In this document: piece by piece, positions 59,301 through 64,000 of the stretch
How positions within the stretch are numbered: the first letter of the stretch is position 1
Layout: each line of letters begins with the position of its first letter
DNA from: Chromera velia
Taxonomy: Eukaryota
Assembly (NCBI GenBank): GCA_018398765.1
Contig: JAHBMJ010000410.1
Coordinates: 62,001-126,000, forward strand
Direction of reading: 5' to 3'
Length of the DNA: 64,000 bases
Translations under genes and position numbers: made by a program
The notes under the pieces: model-generated
What the model was told of the DNA's origin: nothing
What the model saw: only the letters and a program-made list of their open reading frames with translations
Database searches by the model: none

Positions 59301-62300
59301 CTTCTGGTGCGACGATCCGTTTGGGTTGTGTTGATCTTGAGGAAGATTTGAGTAATGCGGGGGCACAGTTGGCAGCAACTGTCTCTGCTCATCTTGAATC
59401 TGCAGAGCGTCCTCCAAGCGGAGATGTCGACACGTTCGAATCCGAAGTTGTCTGTAGAGGTCAGACGCTCCTGGGATCCAGGGTCGGACGGTCGGACCTG
59501 GCAGTGACAGGGCCGATGGAACTGTACATGCCTGAGAGAGGGGCGATTTCGAACTTGGTCCTTCGGCCTCAGGCTTGGGCTGCTCGTGCTCCCCCCGCTC
59601 CTGGGCAGGTTGAGATTCGAGTCCGCTCTGTCGGTCTCAATTTCCGTGATGTCTTGAACGTGATGGGCCTCTATCCGGGCGATCCTGGACCTCCCGGAGG
59701 GGACTGTGCGGGAACGGTGGTGGCAGTCGGACAGGACGTTCAGCATCTGGCAGTGGGTGATGACGTGTATGGGGTGGCACCGGGGTGCTTGAAGTCCTAC
59801 GCCACCACAGATGCGCACCTGATGAGCCAGAAACCTAACTCGATGACTTTCGAGGAAGCAGCTTCTCTCCCGGTCGTTTTTGTGACTGTGGAGCTGGCTC
59901 TTCGAGACCTTGCGAAGGTGAAGAAGGGGGACAACGTGTTGATTCATGCTGCAACGGGCGGTGTGGGACTGGCAGCGATTCAGTTCTGCAAAAACGCAGG
60001 GGCAACGGTGTTTGCAACTGTGGGGTCGGACGCGAAAGCGGATCACTTGAAGTCCCTGGGAGTGACGAACATTGCCTCCTCCCGAAACGCTGAGCAGTTC
60101 AAGAGTCAGATGGAGACCCTTTTGAAGGGGCAGAAAATTGACGTCGTGCTCAACTCTCTGATCGAGGAGTTCATTCCCTTCTCCGTCGATTTGATGGGCC
60201 CGAACGCCCGTTTCATGGAGTTGGGAAAGAGAGGAACCTGGACTCGAGAAGAGATGAAGGCGAAGAGATCGGATATCCAGTACGAGATCATCGCTGTTGA
60301 TCACATGATGGAGGAGAACCCTGTCTGGTTCGGGGAGATGCTCACACGGGTGCGCTCCCTTGTCGACAAAGGACAGATCGGGGCCATTCCCCTCGCCTTG
60401 TTCGACTTGAATGACAAGGAGAAGGGCGGAGTGGCGGCTATGCGCTTCATGCAGAGAGCCGGACACATCGGGAAGGTGATCATCACGAACCCCTCTTCCC
60501 TCTGCCCCCCCAGCCCCGATGGCCACAAGCCTGCAGACCCTGGCACGATTGTCATCACAGGAGGTCTGGGTGCGCTTGGGTTGGTCATTGCCGGTTGGTT
60601 GGTCGAGGAGGGTGCGAAGACGATTGTGTTGTTGAGCAGAAGACAGATAGGCGAGAAGGACCTGAAAGAGAATCCACAGCTGCAGTGGCTCTTCCAGCTG
60701 TCCCGGGTTTCCGTGCGTGCGGTCCAGTGTGACGTCTCCAACTTTGCAGACGTCAAGCGCTGCCTCTCAGAACTGCAGACCCAAGCGAAGGCCGGACAGT
60801 GTGCACCTGTGACAGGTATAATGCATGCTGCGGGTGTTTTGGATGACGGTCTGTTGACGAAGATGGACAGGGAGAAGATCCAGAAGACGTACGTCGGGAA
60901 GGTGTCGGGAGCCTTCAACCTCCACGAGGCCACGGAGGCCCTCGGGTTGAAGCTCCACTTTTTCCTCAACTTCTCCTCTGTTGCCTCGCTCTTCGGCAAC
61001 TTCGGGCAAGCCAACTATTCCGCTGCGAACGCTGTGCTGGATGCGCTGACTCTCTACAGACGATCGAAAGGTCTGGCCGCTCAGTCGATCCAGTGGGGTC
61101 CTTGGACAGAGCAGGGGATGGCGTACGAATTGCGAAAGCAGCTTGATAAGGTCGGCATGAAGGGCATTTCGAACGAGCTTGGTCTCCGTGTCCTTGCCTC
61201 TTCCCTCAAGGGCACAGAGAAGTTCCCCATGCTCGGCTGTCAGGGTCTGAAGTGGAAGACCTACCTGCAGAGGCACAACCTTGTGCCCGCCTTTTTCGAG
61301 AAGATCATGGCCACCCTCAAGGAGGAGACCTCAGAGGCCGACTCGACGATCAGAAACATGACTGCAGAGGAGAGGAAAGCGCACATCAAGTCCACCGTCG
61401 CCGGCACTGCCCGTCAGGTGCTTGGCAGTGCGACTGCTCCCCCTCTGGACGCCCCTCTTCAAGAGCTCGGCATCGACTCTCTGGGTGCAGTGGAGTTCCG
61501 CAACGCGCTCTCGAAGAAGCTGGACGTCAAACTTGCCGCCACTGCGTTGTTCGATTACCCGACGTTGAATGCGATGATTGATTACATCGACGAGCAGGTC
61601 GTTCTGCAACACGGCGCCCCTGCCACTGGGGCAGGTGCCAAGGCAGGAGGGCCGGCCGCCACAGCAGTTGTGGCTGGACAGGAACCCCTTGCGGTGGTTG
61701 GGATGTCCTGCAAGCTTCCTGGACGTTCAGACTGTCCGAAGGCGTTCTGGCAGATGCTCCTGAACAAGACCGACTGCATTGTTGAAGTCCCACTCTCTCG
61801 GTGGAGTGCGGATGAGTACTACGACCCTGACCCGGATGCGAAGGGGAAGTGCTACATCCGTGCAGGAGGATTCATCGAGGATGCAGAGTTGTTTGACAAC
61901 ACCTTCTTCGGCATCTCTCCCGTTGAGGTGAATGTGATGGACCCGCAGCAACGTGTTCTTCTGGAGACTGCGTATGACTCGTTCCAGTCTGCAGGGATGG
62001 ACAGGTCCCGTCTGAACGGAGAAGACATGGGAGTCTTCGTTGGCTGCTGCAACAACGATTGGACATATCTGAACACGTCCGACCGGATTGTTGCCTTCAC
62101 AGGCACCGGTTCTGCTTCTTCGATTGTCTCCAACCGAATTTCGTACATCTTCGGTCTCAAGGGACCGTCTCTGACTGTCGACACTGCCTGTTCCTCCTCT
62201 CTGGTGGCCATGGACGCTGCAGTCCGACAGATCGATTCGGGAATGTGCTCCTCCGCACTCGTTGCAGGAGTCAACCTTATGCTCACACCGCATCTGTTCA

Positions 62301-64000
62301 TCGCTTTCTGCAAAGCGCGCATGCTCTCAACTGACCACAAGTGCAAGACCTTCGACGCCCGTGCAAACGGGTATGTTCGTGGAGAGGGAGCAGGCGCCAT
62401 CGTTGTGAAACGGTTGTCGGCTGTCCGTGCAAGTGGCGAGAAGGCCTGGGCTCTGGTGAAGGGCTCTGCGGTCAACCACGTGGGGCGGTCGGCAAGCTTG
62501 ACTGCTCCAGCAGGCCCCGCACAGCAGCAGTGCATCAGATCGTCAGTCGCTCCCTCACTCTCTCTTTTCCCTTCGGAATCCTTTTCATCTGGTTTTTGAC
62601 CTGACGGCCCCACCCTTTCTTTTTCTTGTAAGATCTATGTTCTCTACTTGAAGCTTCCCGTGTTTTTGCGTCCGACTTTTTGAGGAAATTCTGAGTTCCA
62701 TCAGTTGACGTCGTCTTATTTATTGTGTTCAGTCATGCCTCGTGTTCTCTCTCTGTGTTGTGACTGCACTGCAGCGCTCTGGCAAAGGCGGGCATCTCCC
62801 CTGTGGACGTCTCCTACGTGGAGACGCACGGGACGGGAACGTCCCTGGGAGACCCGATCGAGTTTGGCGCTCTGAAGGCCGTGCTGGCTCCTGGCCGGTC
62901 CCCCTCTCATCCTGTTGTTCTCGGTGCTTTGAAGACGAACATCGGGCATCTGGAGGGGTCGGCAGGGATCTCAGGGCTGATCAAGTTGATCTTGGTGCTC
63001 CACCAGAAACAGGCCCCTGCGAATTTGCACTTCGAGAAACTGAACCCCTTGATGGATTCGGAGGATTTCCCGTTCTCCATTCCCACAGAGACCATTCCGG
63101 TCAAGGCACCTGCAGGAAAGCCGTTGATTGGAGGTGTCTCCTCTTTCGGCTTCGGAGGTGCAAACGGCCACGTGGTTGTCGAGGAGGCGCCTTCGGACAT
63201 CGTCATTGCCGGATTCGCGACCCAAACCGAACAGACGCAGGCCTCCTCGGGATCTGCTCCCCAGACTGTCCCTGCAGCTCCGAAGAAGCAGAAGCCCAAG
63301 GTGGCCTTCCTGTTCACTGGACAGGGGTCTCAGTACGTGAACATGGGGAAGGAACTGTACGCGAAGGAGAAGGTGTTCAAGATGACCCTGGACAGGTGTG
63401 CAGAGATTCTCGACAAGTGCATCGATGTTCCTCTGATGGACCTCCTCTTCCCTGCAGAGACCAAACCTGCAGGACAGAATTCGTTGGACGAGACCCGCTA
63501 CTCCCAGCCGTGCATCTTCTCCATCGAGTACGCACTCAGCGAGCTGTGGCAGTCTCAGGGGATCCAGCCAGATGTCCTCATTGGTCACTCGTTGGGTGAA
63601 TACGTGGCCGCTGTGCTGTCAGGGGTGATGACTTTGGAAGACGCCCTGCCTCTGGTTGCCACCCGTGCCCGTCTGATGGCAGATGCCCCGAAGAACAACG
63701 GCATCATGGCTGCGTGCCGAGCTACAGAGGCCGACTTCGAAAAGGGCTTCCAGCAGGTGAAGGAAGAGGACCCGACAGTTGTTGACAGGGTCTCGATTGC
63801 AGCTGTGAATGGACCGAAGAGCATTGTCGTTGCGGGGAGCGAGCCGGATGTTCAGAGAGTGATTGCTGCAATGGGTCTTCGCAGTTCGAAGAATCTGGTC
63901 GTCTCACACGCTTTCCACTCTCCCCTGATGGGGTGCACATTTGAGCCTTTCCAGAAAGTTGCCTCGACTGTCAGCTTCAAGAAAGGGCAGATTCCGATTA
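50354..64000 (+). CDS. Multimodular type I fatty acid/polyketide synthase (apicomplexan FAS1/PKS-like), runs past the window end: FAAL-ACP-KS-AT*-DH-ER-KR-ACP-KS-AT...
   Basis: Phase-consistent exons 50354-51487, 51748-51891, 52321-52417, 52785-53059, 53480-53809, 54159-58436, 58757-62541, 62775->64000. Motifs: FLQFTSGSTSAPKGV, SWLPVYHDMGLIG, RTGD, PKTSSGK (acyl-AMP ligase); GVDSM and GIDSL (ACPs); DTACSSS, HGTGT, NIGHLE in both KS; HVVNGTAIMPG and HPAVLDGALQ (DH); LIHAATGGVG (ER); GGLGALG, VLDD, YSAAN (KR); GHSLG and HAFHS (AT2). Confidence 0.96.
53265..53385. repeat. Intronic (CT)n(GT/GC)n microsatellite in the synthase gene
   Basis: Direct inspection. Confidence 0.9.

Noticed and set aside
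59048..60526. 492-aa antisense ORF and other antisense ORFs over the synthase and pol
   Set aside because: Shadow ORFs of GC-rich coding sequence; the sense frame carries all the motifs

Overview
Eukaryotic, intron-rich genomic DNA with GT-AG introns, long microsatellites and AT-rich intergenic islands. The intron style, TGCATGCA motifs and an apicomplexan-type multimodular synthase suggest an alveolate such as a chromerid (Chromera-like); this is inference only. Contents in order: (1) a multi-exon + strand proline-rich/coiled-coil gene (~1291-7550); (2) a full-length but decayed Ty3/Gypsy LTR retrotransposon (7879-14337) with both LTRs, PBS, PPT, near-perfect TSD, a GGGAAAC -1 frameshift site with a predicted pseudoknot, and a possible chromodomain-like tail; (3) three multi-exon hypothetical genes among large microsatellites (15375-20633 +, ~24326-30322 -, 30808-39567 +); (4) an AT-rich cluster of decayed DNA-transposon/MITE relics (40387-43812); (5) a - strand TPR + C10-like gene (44552-49088); and (6) divergent from it, a type I FAS/PKS (50354 to beyond 64000) with FAAL-ACP-[KS-AT*-DH-ER-KR-ACP]-[KS-AT...], whose first AT lacks its catalytic serine. 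Most notable: a G:C->A:T mutation signature in transposons (RIP-like or methylation-driven), the inactive AT in an otherwise intact module, a ~105-bp hairpin element upstream of two unrelated genes, and an exon flanked by complementary microsatellites. Exon boundaries were read by eye and are predictions.
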